A DNA stretch of 64,000 bases from Pseudomonadota bacterium (GTDB lineage Bacteria; Pseudomonadota; Gammaproteobacteria; RBG-16-57-12), in NCBI GenBank assembly GCA_040752855.1, contig JBFMHP010000017.1, forward strand, positions 81,960-145,959. Reading direction: 5' to 3'. Below are positions 18,220-29,402 of the stretch, in pieces; within the stretch, counting starts at the first letter, position 1, and the number at the start of each line of letters is the position of its first letter. The notes under the pieces were generated by a model. That model saw nothing but the letters and a program-made list of their open reading frames with translations, searched no databases and had not been told where the DNA came from. Both the position numbers and the translations under genes were made by a program.

Positions 18220-18660
18220 TCAATCGTTTTTTAGATTGATGGCGAAGTGGTAACTGCTACGCTGCATGCCCTCGCGCTCATAGAAGCGATGGGCATCGAG
18301 GCGCTGCACGCCGGAGTCAAGATGCAGTTGATCGCAGCCGCAGCGGCGGGCCTCTTCCACCAGCCACGCCAGCATCGCCTGGCCCGCACCGCGGGAGCGC
18401 TGTTGCGCGTCGGTTACCAGGTCATCCACATAGAGAAACCGTCCCCAGGCGAGATTGCGAATTAACCGAAAGCCGGCAACGGTGACCACCTTGTCTCCCT
18501 CACACGCATATGCCAGCTGAAAACCCTCTTGCATCTGCGCCTGCACCTGCGCAAGAAATGCCTGCGCCGAGTACTGCGGTCGCAACTGCGCCATCACCGG
18601 ATAACAGCGCATGACTTCTTCGGGAGTGCCGGCGCGGCGGATGACGAAATTCGTTTTCAT
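18220..18660 (-). CDS. GNAT family N-acetyltransferase
   Basis: Acetyl-CoA motif [22 protein letters not shown]. The start is chosen at MKTNFV (18660) to give a 4-bp ATGA overlap with the cysG stop. Confidence 0.75.
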   Translation of the reverse strand: MKTNFVIRRAGTPEEVMRCYPVMAQLRPQYSAQAFLAQVQAQMQEGFQLAYACEGDKVVTVAGFRLIRNLAWGRFLYVDDLVTDAQQRSRGAGQAMLAWLVEEARRCGCDQLHLDSGVQRLDAHRFYEREGMQRSSYHFAINLKND

Positions 18661-20054
18661 GACTCCACCGTCTGTTCGGGATGATACCACGCCAGCTTTT
18701 CGTGCAACCGCACCACTTCACCGATGATCACCAGGGTCGGGGCCTTGACCTCATGGCGCTTCACCAACTCGGGCAACGACGAGACATCGCCGATATACAC
18801 GCGCTGCTCCGGCGTGGTGCCTTGCTGGATGAGCGCGGCGGGCATGTCGGCGCGCATGCCGCGCTGGATCAGTTCGGCGCACAACTGATCCAGCCCCACC
18901 AACCCCATGTAGATCACCAGTGTCTGTTGCGGCAGGATCAATCCGTCCCAATTCAGATTAAATTGACCGTCCTTGAGATGCCCGGTGATGAAGGCCACCG
19001 ATTGCGCGTAATCGCGATGCGTCAGCGGGATGCCGGCATAAGCGGCGCAGCCCGAGGCCGCCGTGATGCCCGGCACCACTTGGAAGTGGATGCCCTGTTC
19101 GGCCAGGGTTTCGATCTCCTCCCCGCCACGGCCGAAGATAAACGGATCGCCGCCCTTCAAACGGCAGACCCGCTTGCCTTCCAATGCGAGGCGCGCCAGG
19201 GTTTGGTTTATTTCCTCCTGTCGCATCGCGTGATCGCTGCGCGCCTTGCCGACGTAGATCAGCTCCGCATCGCGGCGCACCAGGTCGAGGATCTGCGGCG
19301 AAACCAGGCGGTCATACAGCACGACATCGGCCTGCTGCATCAGGCGCAAGGCCCGGAAGGTGAGCAGATCCGGATCGCCGGGACCGGCGCCGATGAGATA
19401 GACCTCGCCGCGCACGGCGGACGGCCCGTTGTCGCACATCTGTTCCAACAGCTTCCCGGCAGCCTCATCATGCCCGGCGAAGACCTGTTCGGCCACCGGC
19501 CCTTGCAACGCCGACTCCCAGAACAGGCGCCGCTCGTGCACCGAAGGAAAACGCGCCTTCACCCGCTCGCGAAACCGCTCCGCCAGCGCGGCAAGCCGCC
19601 CATACGAGGCAGGTATCATGGTCTCCAATCGGGCACGGATCAGCCGCGCCAAGGTCGGCGAGGCCCCGCCGGTGGAAACGGCGGCCACCACCGGCGAGCG
19701 ATCGATGATCGACGGCAGGATGAAGGTGCACAGCCGCGGCTGATCCACTACGTTCACCGGGATGTTGCGCGCCACGGCGGCATCGTGCACCTGTTGATTG
19801 ACCTGGGCATCGCTGGTGGCGGCGATCACCAGGGCGCATTGCTCCAGCATGTCGGTGTCAAAGGCATCCGCCTCGTGTTCGATCAGCCCGGAGGCCAGCA
19901 GCTCCTGCAGCGTCGGCGACAAGCGTGGGGCAACCACAACGACCTTGGCACCGGCCTTGAGCAGCAGCCGCGTCTTGCGCGTGGCGACTTCGCCGCCGCC
20001 GACCACCAGACATGACCGGCCCTGCAAATCGAGAAAGATAGGAAAAAAATCCAC
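18657..20054 (-). CDS. cysG: Siroheme synthase (uroporphyrinogen-III methyltransferase / precorrin-2 dehydrogenase / ferrochelatase)
   Basis: 465 aa. An N-terminal Rossmann fold ([11 protein letters not shown]) is followed by a C-terminal SUMT domain ([27 protein letters not shown]). Confidence 0.9.
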   Translation of the reverse strand: MDFFPIFLDLQGRSCLVVGGGEVATRKTRLLLKAGAKVVVVAPRLSPTLQELLASGLIEHEADAFDTDMLEQCALVIAATSDAQVNQQVHDAAVARNIPVNVVDQPRLCTFILPSIIDRSPVVAAVSTGGASPTLARLIRARLETMIPASYGRLAALAERFRERVKARFPSVHERRLFWESALQGPVAEQVFAGHDEAAGKLLEQMCDNGPSAVRGEVYLIGAGPGDPDLLTFRALRLMQQADVVLYDRLVSPQILDLVRRDAELIYVGKARSDHAMRQEEINQTLARLALEGKRVCRLKGGDPFIFGRGGEEIETLAEQGIHFQVVPGITAASGCAAYAGIPLTHRDYAQSVAFITGHLKDGQFNLNWDGLILPQQTLVIYMGLVGLDQLCAELIQRGMRADMPAALIQQGTTPEQRVYIGDVSSLPELVKRHEVKAPTLVIIGEVVRLHEKLAWYHPEQTVES

Positions 20055-20108
20055 GTTCAGCTGCCTGTACAGTTACATGGCGCTAGTGTAACGCACCACG
20101 ATCCGCAG

Positions 20109-20864
20109 CTACAGCCGGTAGAGATAGAGCCGCGTGCGGCGCCGGTCCTCCAGCTCATAGACCTCATCGGGCGCCACCTGCGGCACCGCGAAGGAATTGC
20201 TGATCAAGACACTGCCGCGGCGCATCTCGGCCTTGGCCTTGCGGTAAACCTCCGCCATGGGCGCAGGCGAGAGAAAACAGTACACCACATCGTAGGAAGC
20301 CAGCTCCTGGCGCCACAAATCGCCGTAGATCAGCCGGGCATTGGCGACCCCCATGAGACGCAGGCGTGAAATCAGCGCCGGAACCGGCGCGGACTCCACC
20401 CCCGCGAAATAGCCATCCGGGCGCATGCGCGCCAGATGGGCGAGCGTACCGCTCAGACCGGCGCCGATATCCAAAAACCGCACGCCCGTCTGCGCGGGCA
20501 GCAAAGTGGCCAAGGCCTCACGCGTGGCGGTATTGCTCAGATACAGCGGCACCCGCTCATCGGCACTGTTCCAGAAAAAGGCCAACAGCCCCAGCAGCGC
20601 GACGAGATAGACCCATGCCGGCAATTCGAGCACCCAGGCGCCCCACACGGCGAATGGCAGCACGACATTGATGATGCGCCACCAAGGCGCCAGGCCGAGA
20701 CGCTCGCCCAGGAAGGCGGCGGCCACCCCTTGCAGCAACAGCAACGCTGGAACAGGAACGATGAGGCCGAACATGCGCTTTACGATGATCGCGAGGGCAA
20801 GCAACACGGCGGCCGTGACCAATTGCGCCGCCAAGGCAGACAGGACAGGAAATCTCTTCAACAC
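20109..20864 (-). CDS. Membrane-anchored class I SAM-dependent methyltransferase
   Basis: 251 aa with N-terminal TM helices, then a VRFLDIGAGLSG SAM motif. Confidence 0.6.
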   Translation of the reverse strand: MLKRFPVLSALAAQLVTAAVLLALAIIVKRMFGLIVPVPALLLLQGVAAAFLGERLGLAPWWRIINVVLPFAVWGAWVLELPAWVYLVALLGLLAFFWNSADERVPLYLSNTATREALATLLPAQTGVRFLDIGAGLSGTLAHLARMRPDGYFAGVESAPVPALISRLRLMGVANARLIYGDLWRQELASYDVVYCFLSPAPMAEVYRKAKAEMRRGSVLISNSFAVPQVAPDEVYELEDRRRTRLYLYRL

Positions 20865-20904
20865 GGATTGTTATGATTTGAAAAACCTTGATTGCTGACG
20901 TTGC

Positions 20905-20932
20905 CGTCATTCCGACATGCGCCGGAATGACG
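20905..20932. repeat. REP-like perfect palindrome, copy 1
   Basis: GTCATTCCGACATGCGCCGGAATGAC core (11-bp arms, 4-nt loop); a second copy lies at 21458-21485. Confidence 0.7.
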
Positions 20933-20937
20933 AATAC

Positions 20938-21387
20938 TCAGACCTTCTTCTGGTGCTCCAGATGCACGGCAAGCACGTCGCACGTGGCATAGTTGAGCAG
21001 GCCATGCGCCGTGGACCCCAGCAACCGGCCCAGGCCGTGGCGGCTGTGCGCGCCGATCACCAGCAGATCGATGCGCGATTCCTCCAGCACGCGGCGAATC
21101 TCCAGCTTGGGAATGCCGATCACCGTGATCTGCCGGCATTGCGCGCAGCCATGCTGTTGCGCCAGGGTTTGCAAGGACTGCTGCGCGCGCTTCAGCAACG
21201 CCTGTTCATCCACGCCCCAGCTCGGCAGGATCAAGGGATCGCCGGCCAGCTCCAGCGGCGGGACGTATTCCACCACATGCATCAGGACCAAGTCGGCCTG
21301 ATTCTGGTTCGCCAGTTCACGCGCCTTCAGCAATACATTGGGCGCGGCCTCGGAAAAATCGACACAGACGAGGATACGTTGATACAC
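20938..21387 (-). CDS. uspA: Universal stress protein
   Basis: 149 aa with a UspA fold signature (ILVCVDFSE..., LLVIGAHSRHGLGRLLGSTA). Confidence 0.85.
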   Translation of the reverse strand: MYQRILVCVDFSEAAPNVLLKARELANQNQADLVLMHVVEYVPPLELAGDPLILPSWGVDEQALLKRAQQSLQTLAQQHGCAQCRQITVIGIPKLEIRRVLEESRIDLLVIGAHSRHGLGRLLGSTAHGLLNYATCDVLAVHLEHQKKV

Positions 21388-21457
21388 GGTTCACCTCCGC
21401 TGTTGGTTTTACACGAACAGGAGGCCGAGCCCCTGCTTCTTTAGACAATTGCCACTG

Positions 21458-21485
21458 CGTCATTCCGGCATGCGCCGGAATGACA
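21458..21485. repeat. REP-like perfect palindrome, copy 2
   Basis: CGTCATTCCGGCATGCGCCGGAATGACA, the same core as 20905-20932. It flanks the other side of uspA. Confidence 0.7.
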
Positions 21486-21502
21486 CATTGGCCAAACCTC
21501 CC

Positions 21503-22837
21503 TCAAAACAACCACTGCCCTTGCACGCTGAGGATGTCGACGGATGATTCATATTCGCCCTTGAGCGTGGCGTTCAGCGCGTCGAAGGGTGGTTTCACTT
21601 CAAGCGTGTTGTTGATCTTGGTGTCGCTGACAAACAAATGGGCATAGCCGACATCGAAACTCAAGCGCTCGCTGCTCTTATAGCTCGCGCCGATGGCCAA
21701 CCAGCGCCGGTCGCTGTCGGGGATGCGCGGGGTGCGGTGCTCGGCGTTCGGAATCGGGGATTGGTCGAGGGCCGCGCCGGCGCGCAGTAGCCATTGGTCG
21801 TTGAGCTGGTAATTCACGCCCAGGGCGTAGCGCCAGCTGTTGTCCCAGTCCGCGGTGGTCACGGTGTCGGGCTGCAAGGGATTGTCGTATTCGATGCGCA
21901 GCTCCTTGAACACCGACCAGTAGGTCTTGGTGGCATCGGCCATCAGCGCCCAGCGGTCGTTGAAGGCGTGATACACGCTCAGCGACAAGGTGGCCGGCAC
22001 GGTGACGCTGGCCTTCAGGCCGGTGTCCACGAATCTTCCTGAAGCCGCCAGGATAGGGCTCACATCGAAATCGGCCTCGCCATCGACGTGATGTTTAATC
22101 CGTGAGCGATACGCCATGCCCAGTCGTGTCGCATCCGTGGCCTGATACAACAAGCCCGCGTTCACGCCGGTATTGAGCCGATCGAAGTTATCGCCGGTCA
22201 GGGTAGCATAACCATCTTCCGTAACACGGAGGTGTGGTGGCAGCGCTAGAGTTAGCGTCTGTTGATCAATCGCGCTCGACAAGGTCACATCGACATACTG
22301 AAAGTTGAAACCGAATCCGAACGCCAATCGCTCGGTCATCTGCACGGCGAAAGAGGGATTGATGTTGATCGACATCAAAGATGATTCGATGGCGTGATAG
22401 CGCCCCGCCCAGCTCTTGTTGTATTCAGTGGATAAACCGAACGGGGCGTTAATGCCCAGGCCGAAGCGAGTGGTGTCGGACAACGGCATCACATAGTAGA
22501 AATTCGGCACGAGGGCGTCGACGCCGCCATCGTCGTTGCCGGTCAGCGCGCTGCCGCCGGCCGCGGCATGTTTATGCGAACCCTGATCAGTGAACTCCGC
22601 CTTGGGTGAAATCCAGTGCAGCGCCGCCAGCGCCTGCGCCCGCGGTTCGAGGCGCATCATACCGGCGGGATTGAAATAGATGGTCGAGGCATCCTCGGCC
22701 GCGGCCGCGCCGCCCGCGTAGGCGTTGCCCATGCCGCTGGCGCTTTGCTCGATGAGGGCATATCCCGCCGCGTGGGCGAGCCCGCCGGCCATGGTCAATC
22801 CGCTCGCGCCGAGCAACCGTACGATCTTGTTATTCAT
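21503..22837 (-). CDS. fadL: Outer-membrane long-chain fatty acid / hydrophobic compound transporter (FadL/OmpP1/TodX family)
   Basis: 444 aa with a signal peptide, the NPAGM motif near the N-terminus, and a C-terminal F. Confidence 0.85.
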   Translation of the reverse strand: MNNKIVRLLGASGLTMAGGLAHAAGYALIEQSASGMGNAYAGGAAAAEDASTIYFNPAGMMRLEPRAQALAALHWISPKAEFTDQGSHKHAAAGGSALTGNDDGGVDALVPNFYYVMPLSDTTRFGLGINAPFGLSTEYNKSWAGRYHAIESSLMSININPSFAVQMTERLAFGFGFNFQYVDVTLSSAIDQQTLTLALPPHLRVTEDGYATLTGDNFDRLNTGVNAGLLYQATDATRLGMAYRSRIKHHVDGEADFDVSPILAASGRFVDTGLKASVTVPATLSLSVYHAFNDRWALMADATKTYWSVFKELRIEYDNPLQPDTVTTADWDNSWRYALGVNYQLNDQWLLRAGAALDQSPIPNAEHRTPRIPDSDRRWLAIGASYKSSERLSFDVGYAHLFVSDTKINNTLEVKPPFDALNATLKGEYESSVDILSVQGQWLF

Positions 22838-22913
22838 TCTTCCTCCCGTCGATGATGTGCGATCCAGCGCTCATCATCGAAGGGTAGCAGTGAAAAATCA
22901 AGCGCGCCGGGGA

Positions 22914-23315
22914 TTATCGCGGCGGCAGTTCGCGCGGCTGCCCGAGCTCGTCGATGGCAACATAAACCACGTGGGCCTCGGTGACCTTGATGGTCTCGAT
23001 CTGGCCCGCCCGCAGCCGTTGGGCGTAGACCTCGACGAAGACCTCGAGCGAGGTGCGCCCCTCGCGCACGATCTCGGCGTAACAACTGAGCAAGTCGCCG
23101 ACGAAGACGGGTTTCTTGAATTCGAAGGAATGCACCGCGCGGGTGACGATCCGGCCGGCGGCGCGGATCTCGGCCGGGATGGCGCCGGCCACATCCACCT
23201 GCGACATGATCCAACCGCCGAAGATGCTGCCGCCCTTGTTGGTATCGGCCGGTTTGGCCGGCACGCGCAGCACCGGAATCTTGCCCTCGGGCAGCCCTGT
23301 TTCCAGCATGGTCAA
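22914..23315 (-). CDS. yciA: Acyl-CoA thioester hydrolase, hotdog fold (YciA-like)
   Basis: 133 aa. It has a 4-bp overlap with the upstream ligase stop. Confidence 0.75.
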   Translation of the reverse strand: MTMLETGLPEGKIPVLRVPAKPADTNKGGSIFGGWIMSQVDVAGAIPAEIRAAGRIVTRAVHSFEFKKPVFVGDLLSCYAEIVREGRTSLEVFVEVYAQRLRAGQIETIKVTEAHVVYVAIDELGQPRELPPR

Positions 23316-25204
23316 TGTCCTTCGTAGAGGCGCGCGATGTCGTCGGCGAAGCGCCGGCTGACCTCCGCGCGTTTGATCTTCAGAGTTGGGGTCAGGATGC
23401 CGTTTTCGATCGTCCAGGGCTCGCGGTAGAGCGCGATCTGGCGGATTCGTGCGTAGCCCGGGAAGGCGGCGATGGCGCGGTCGAGCCGCGCCTGCACCGC
23501 TTCGATCGCTTTTGGGTCCCGCAGAGAGGCGGCGTCCTCGGGATCAAGCCCGAGCGAGCCAGCGAGCGCGCGCCATTCATCCGCATTGACCACGATCAGC
23601 GCGCTCAGATAGGGCTTGCCCTCGCCCAGCACCATCACCTGTTCAAACAATGGCTCCAGCCCGATGGCCATTTCCATGTCGGCAGGCGGCACCTTCTCGC
23701 CGTTGGCCAGTACGATGATATCCTTCAGCCGTCCGGTGATATAGATGTGGCCGGAGTCGTCAATACGCGCCTTATCGCCCGTGCGCAGCCAACCGTCAGC
23801 AGTCATAGTATCGCGAGTGGCCTGCGGGTTACTCCAATAGCCCAGCATCACGCATTCGCTGCGGGTTTGCAGCTCATCACCTTCACCGATGCGTACCTCG
23901 ATCTTGGGTAAGGCGGGGCCGATGCTGGCGGGAATGTTGTTGTCGATGCGATTGACTGCCACGACCGGGCTGGCCTCAGTCAGGCCATAGCCCTGGATCA
24001 AGGGCAGGCCGAGACCGATGAACAACTTCGCCACATCGGGTGAGAGCGCCGCGCCACCGCAGATGGCGAGTTTCAGGCGACCGCCAAGCTTGGCCAGCAC
24101 CTTGGAGGCCACCGCCTTTTCGAGCAACGGCCAAAGTAAAAATCCCGGTTTCCAACCGCTACGCCTCTGCTGGTATTCGAAGCGCTGCCAGCCGATCTCG
24201 ACGGCCAGTGCGAACAGGCGCCGGGCCATGGGCGACTTTTCCTCCAAACCCGCCTGAATCTTGTGATAGACGCGTTCGTAAATGCGCGGCACCGAGATCA
24301 ACACGGTCGGACAGACCGACAGGAGATCCTCGCCCAGCAGTGGAATGGAACGGGCATAGGCCACCTCGGCACCCAGCATCATCGGCAACAGGTAACCAGC
24401 GGTGCGCTCGAGGGCATGTGACAGCGGCAGAAATGACAAAAACACATCCTCGGCACCGACCGGCGCCGTGCACAGTCCCGCGTAGGCATTGACCAGCAGA
24501 TTGCGATGACTGAGCATCACGCCTTTGGGCCGACCGGTGGTGCCGGAGGTGTAGATGATGGTTGCGAGTCCCTTTGGATCGAGTTCGGCAACGTGAGCCT
24601 CACCCTTTGCGCCGAACAGCCAGTCGGAGAGGGAAATCAGGCGCGGGTCGGCAGCGGCCTGCTCCGGGGCCGGCGCCTCTAGCAGCACCACACGGGTGAG
24701 GCCGCGCAACTGATCGGCGCATTGGGCCAGGGCCTGCCACTGCGTGATGTCCTGCAGCACCAGCAGCTTCACCTGTGCGTCATTGATGATATAGGCGACG
24801 TTCTCCGCACGGTCTTCGACATAGAGCGGCACGGTCACCAGTCCAAGCCCGAGCATGGCCTGGTCGAACACCACCCAGCTCAGGCCGTTACGCAACATGA
24901 GCGCCACGCGGTCGCCCGGCTCCATTCCCTCGCCCCGCACTGCGGCCTGCCATCGGCCGACCTCGTTCGACACCTGCTGCCACGTGTAACTGCGCCAGCA
25001 TTGCGCGGCTTCGTCATATTGACGATAGGCGACCTTGTGCGGCGTGCGGATGACACGCTCGTGAAACAGGCCTGGGATGGTCACCGCCTCATCCGGTGTA
25101 ATGGTTGCGTACGTCACGAACTTCCCCTTTTCATGGCTCACATTATTGTTATGTCGGAACACCGCCCTCGGTTCTGTAGTGATGTTAGCATCGACCACCG
25201 CCAT
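23312..25204 (-). CDS. fadD: Long-chain-fatty-acid--CoA ligase (AMP-dependent synthetase)
   Basis: 630 aa with IYTSGTTGRPKGVMLSHRN (AMP-binding motif I), GYGLTE and the GWLRTGDKARID motifs. Confidence 0.85.
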   Translation of the reverse strand: MAVVDANITTEPRAVFRHNNNVSHEKGKFVTYATITPDEAVTIPGLFHERVIRTPHKVAYRQYDEAAQCWRSYTWQQVSNEVGRWQAAVRGEGMEPGDRVALMLRNGLSWVVFDQAMLGLGLVTVPLYVEDRAENVAYIINDAQVKLLVLQDITQWQALAQCADQLRGLTRVVLLEAPAPEQAAADPRLISLSDWLFGAKGEAHVAELDPKGLATIIYTSGTTGRPKGVMLSHRNLLVNAYAGLCTAPVGAEDVFLSFLPLSHALERTAGYLLPMMLGAEVAYARSIPLLGEDLLSVCPTVLISVPRIYERVYHKIQAGLEEKSPMARRLFALAVEIGWQRFEYQQRRSGWKPGFLLWPLLEKAVASKVLAKLGGRLKLAICGGAALSPDVAKLFIGLGLPLIQGYGLTEASPVVAVNRIDNNIPASIGPALPKIEVRIGEGDELQTRSECVMLGYWSNPQATRDTMTADGWLRTGDKARIDDSGHIYITGRLKDIIVLANGEKVPPADMEMAIGLEPLFEQVMVLGEGKPYLSALIVVNADEWRALAGSLGLDPEDAASLRDPKAIEAVQARLDRAIAAFPGYARIRQIALYREPWTIENGILTPTLKIKRAEVSRRFADDIARLYEGH

Positions 25205-25267
25205 GCCAACAAAAAGGCAGGAACCGCTCCGCTCCTGCCTTTGGATCTCACCTCTGCACGCCGCAGC

Positions 25268-26551
<1,284 letters not shown>

Positions 26552-26560
26552 CTAATCTTG

Positions 26561-26872
26561 TTATTCGTTGATATTCATCTCCGCCGTCCACCACATCAGA
26601 TGGCCGGGCTTGATCATCGGCGCGAGGTGTTCGAGCGTCCGTTCGATCTTCTCCGGCGCATCGAAAAACTCCACCACCAGCGGCAGATCCAGCGAGAGAT
26701 CCAGCAGGCCGGTGTTGTGTATCTTACCTGAATCCCCATAACCGCTGATACCGCGAAACACCGTGACCCCGCGCAGCTTCTCCCAGTCGTGCAGTCGCTT
26801 GAGCAGGGTGCGCAACTGCCCCTCGCCTTCGCTGAGATACATGCGCACCACGGTGATCTTTTCGCCAGTCAT
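26561..26872 (-). CDS. DUF190 domain protein (CrcB-associated)
   Basis: Start at MTGEKITVVRMYLSEGEG (26872), giving an ATGA overlap with the crcB stop. The rest of the 183-aa ORF-track entry is Arg/Gly-rich read-through of crcB in another frame. Confidence 0.65.
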   Translation of the reverse strand: MTGEKITVVRMYLSEGEGQLRTLLKRLHDWEKLRGVTVFRGISGYGDSGKIHNTGLLDLSLDLPLVVEFFDAPEKIERTLEHLAPMIKPGHLMWWTAEMNINE

Positions 26873-27243
26873 AACTGTCTCCCCATCGTTAGGCCGATCC
26901 ATGTGGCCGCCAGACATACGAGCACGCTCAGCAGGACATTCATCACCGCCTTGAGCAGCTCCCCGGATTCGATCAAGGTGAGCGTTTCGATCGAAAAACT
27001 CGAAAAGGTGGTAAAGCCACCCAGCAATCCGACCAGCACAAACGCGCGCCATTCCGCCGCCAGCGCCGTGCGCTCCAGCAGCCAGACGTACAGCAATCCC
27101 ATCAACAGACACCCCAGCACGTTAACGCTGAGCGTGCCATAGGGAAAGCCGCGTCCAAACAGCGCGTGCACCCCGCTCGACATCCAGAAGCGCAACACCG
27201 CGCCGATTGCGCCGCCGCAGGCGATGGCCAGAATTTGATTCAA
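26869..27243 (-). CDS. crcB: Fluoride ion channel CrcB/FluC
   Basis: 124 aa, 4 TM helices, conserved GxLGGFTTFSSF motif. Confidence 0.9.
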   Translation of the reverse strand: MNQILAIACGGAIGAVLRFWMSSGVHALFGRGFPYGTLSVNVLGCLLMGLLYVWLLERTALAAEWRAFVLVGLLGGFTTFSSFSIETLTLIESGELLKAVMNVLLSVLVCLAATWIGLTMGRQL

Positions 27244-27276
27244 TATCCATTCTCCATATTCATATCACCCCGCCCT

Positions 27277-27421
27277 CGTAGGAGCCTGCCTTGCAGGCGA
27301 TTACCGTTTGTTCGCGAGCAGGGCTCGCTCCTACGAGCTGGCGGCAAAACAGGTCTCTGCCCTGTAGGAGCCTGCCCCGCAGGCGATGGCCATTCATTCG
27401 CGATCAGGGCTCGCTCCTACG
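27277..27421. repeat. Cluster of REP-type palindromic elements (two inverted REP doublets, BIME-like)
   Basis: Units of GTAGGAGCCTGCC(Y)(Y)GCAGGCGA opposed to TCGCGA(N)CAGGGCTCGCTCCTAC, present twice. The same family recurs at 31805-31954. Confidence 0.75.
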
Positions 27422-27427
27422 GCGTGA

Positions 27428-28777
27428 TCAGCCTTTCGACTTCTTACGCGCCTGCTCATCCAACCCGCGCAGATACGCCAAACGCTCGGCGATCTTCTGC
27501 TCCAGTCCGCGCGGGGCCGGATGATAATAACGGCGCGGGCTCATCTCCTCGGGGAAATAATTCTCGCCGGCGGCGTAGGCCTCGGGCTCGTCATGCGCAT
27601 AGCGGTACGTCTTGCCGTAGCCGAGTTCCTTCATCAGCTTGGTCGGCGCGTTGCGCAGATGCAGCGGCACCTCGAATGAGCCGAGCTGCCTGACCTCCGC
27701 CAGCGCGGTGTTGTACGCGGTGTAAACAGCGTTGCTCTTCGGCGCACAGGCCAGATACACGATCGCCTGGGCGATCGCCAACTCCCCTTCCGGACTGCCG
27801 AGGCGCTCCTGCACATCCCAGGCATCGAGCGCCAGTTGCAGGCCGCGTGGGTCGGCGTTGCCGATGTCCTCCGAGGCCATGCGTACCACGCGCCGGGCGA
27901 GATACAGCGGATCGCAGCCGCCATCGATCATGCGCGTGAACCAGTACAGCGCGGCATCGGGCGCGGAGCCGCGCACCGATTTGTGCAGCGCCGAGATCTG
28001 ATCGTAAAAGGCCTCGCCGCCCTTGTCGAAACGGCGCACGCCGCCGCTCAGCACTTCGTTGATGATGTCTTCGCTGACCATTTCCGCGCCGTCGCGCGGT
28101 TCGGCGAGATCCACGGCGATCTCCAGCAGATTCAGCGCGCGGCGCGCATCGCCATCGCTGGCCAAGGCGATGCGATCGCGCAGCTCTTCAGCGAGGACAA
28201 TATTGCGTTGACCGAAACCGTGCGCGGCATCACTCAGCGCGCGGTCGATGATCTGGCGGAGGTCCTGTTGGGTGAGCGATTTGAGCACGTACACACGCGC
28301 CCGCGAGAGCAGCGCGTTATTGAGTTCGAACGACGGGTTTTCGGTGGTCGCGCCGATGAAGGTCAGGGTGCCGTCTTCGACGTACGGCAGAAAGGCATCC
28401 TGCTGCGCCTTGTTGAAACGATGCACCTCGTCGACGAACAGGATCGTGCCCTGGCCGGACTGCGCACGGACCTGCTTGGCCTGTTCGACCGCGGCGCGGA
28501 TGTCCTTCACCCCGGCGAGCACGGCCGAAAGGGTGAGAAACTGCGCCTGAGCGCGCTGGGCGATCATGCGCGCCAGCGTGGTCTTGCCGGTGCCGGGCGG
28601 GCCCCAGAATACCATCGAATGCAGATGGCCGGATTCGATCGCCTGGCGCAGCGGCTTGCCCGGCCCGAGCAGGTGTTGCTGACCCATGTAGTCATCCAGG
28701 CTGCGCGGGCGCATGCGATCGGCCAGCGGCTTGCCGCTCATATCATCGGCGCGGGTGAAGAGGTCCTCTTCGTTCAT
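27428..28777 (-). CDS. rarA: Replication-associated recombination protein A (AAA+ ATPase)
   Basis: 449 aa with Walker [14 protein letters not shown], Walker [13 protein letters not shown] and a MgsA C-terminal region. Confidence 0.9.
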   Translation of the reverse strand: MNEEDLFTRADDMSGKPLADRMRPRSLDDYMGQQHLLGPGKPLRQAIESGHLHSMVFWGPPGTGKTTLARMIAQRAQAQFLTLSAVLAGVKDIRAAVEQAKQVRAQSGQGTILFVDEVHRFNKAQQDAFLPYVEDGTLTFIGATTENPSFELNNALLSRARVYVLKSLTQQDLRQIIDRALSDAAHGFGQRNIVLAEELRDRIALASDGDARRALNLLEIAVDLAEPRDGAEMVSEDIINEVLSGGVRRFDKGGEAFYDQISALHKSVRGSAPDAALYWFTRMIDGGCDPLYLARRVVRMASEDIGNADPRGLQLALDAWDVQERLGSPEGELAIAQAIVYLACAPKSNAVYTAYNTALAEVRQLGSFEVPLHLRNAPTKLMKELGYGKTYRYAHDEPEAYAAGENYFPEEMSPRRYYHPAPRGLEQKIAERLAYLRGLDEQARKKSKG

Positions 28778-29400
28778 TCGGTCTCGCCGACCACATCCAC
28801 GCCCGCAGGCGGCGTGAAGTTGAACAAGGTGGCAGCGAGCCGCTTGTTCATCACAACCCCCTCGAAACGGATGCGCGTGGTTTGGCCGAAGCTATCAACC
28901 AACTCCATCGCGCGCAGATCCTTGGCATCAAAGCCGAGCAACAGCTGTTCGAAACCGCTGTCCTTGGTCTTGGGCAACAGTTTCACCCAGGCCAGCCCAG
29001 GCGCACCGCCGCTGTGGGCGTGGATCTCAAACATCTCCTCGAGCGGCTTCTTGCCGATCAGCAGCATCGCCGGCGTCTCGGCCAGCGCGCCGTTCATGCG
29101 CTTGACCGTCACCTGCTCCAGGTCGGCGTCGTAGATCCAGATCTTCGCGCCGTCGGCGACGATCTCTTGCTTGAACGGCGCGAGATAATTCCAGCGGAAG
29201 CGCCCGGGGCGTTGCAGATACACCTTACCGGAGGAGGACTGCGTGACCTTGCCCTTGGTGTCCTGTAACTCCTGGGCGAAAGTGGCCTCGAAGGTCTGCA
29301 TCTTGTCGTTGAACGCCGCGAGCTGCTCGACGGCCGAGGCGGCGTGCGCGCCGCTGATGGCGAGCCAGCACGCGGTCATGAGGATGATCAGTTTTTTCAT
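28774..29400 (-). CDS. lolA: Outer-membrane lipoprotein carrier protein
   Basis: 208 aa with a signal peptide and LolA-family length and context (rarA-lolA-ftsK). Confidence 0.85.
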   Translation of the reverse strand: MKKLIILMTACWLAISGAHAASAVEQLAAFNDKMQTFEATFAQELQDTKGKVTQSSSGKVYLQRPGRFRWNYLAPFKQEIVADGAKIWIYDADLEQVTVKRMNGALAETPAMLLIGKKPLEEMFEIHAHSGGAPGLAWVKLLPKTKDSGFEQLLLGFDAKDLRAMELVDSFGQTTRIRFEGVVMNKRLAATLFNFTPPAGVDVVGETE

Positions 29401-29402
29401 TG

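Noticed and set aside
18681-20015. 444-aa plus-strand ORF
   Set aside because: It is antisense to cysG, which has clear SUMT motifs.
27244-27427. Fluoride riboswitch upstream of crcB
   Set aside because: The leader is entirely REP sequence and no crcB-motif core was recognised by eye. It needs an Infernal check; see the finding at 26561-27421.
27836-29134. 432-aa plus-strand ORF
   Set aside because: It is antisense to rarA and lolA.
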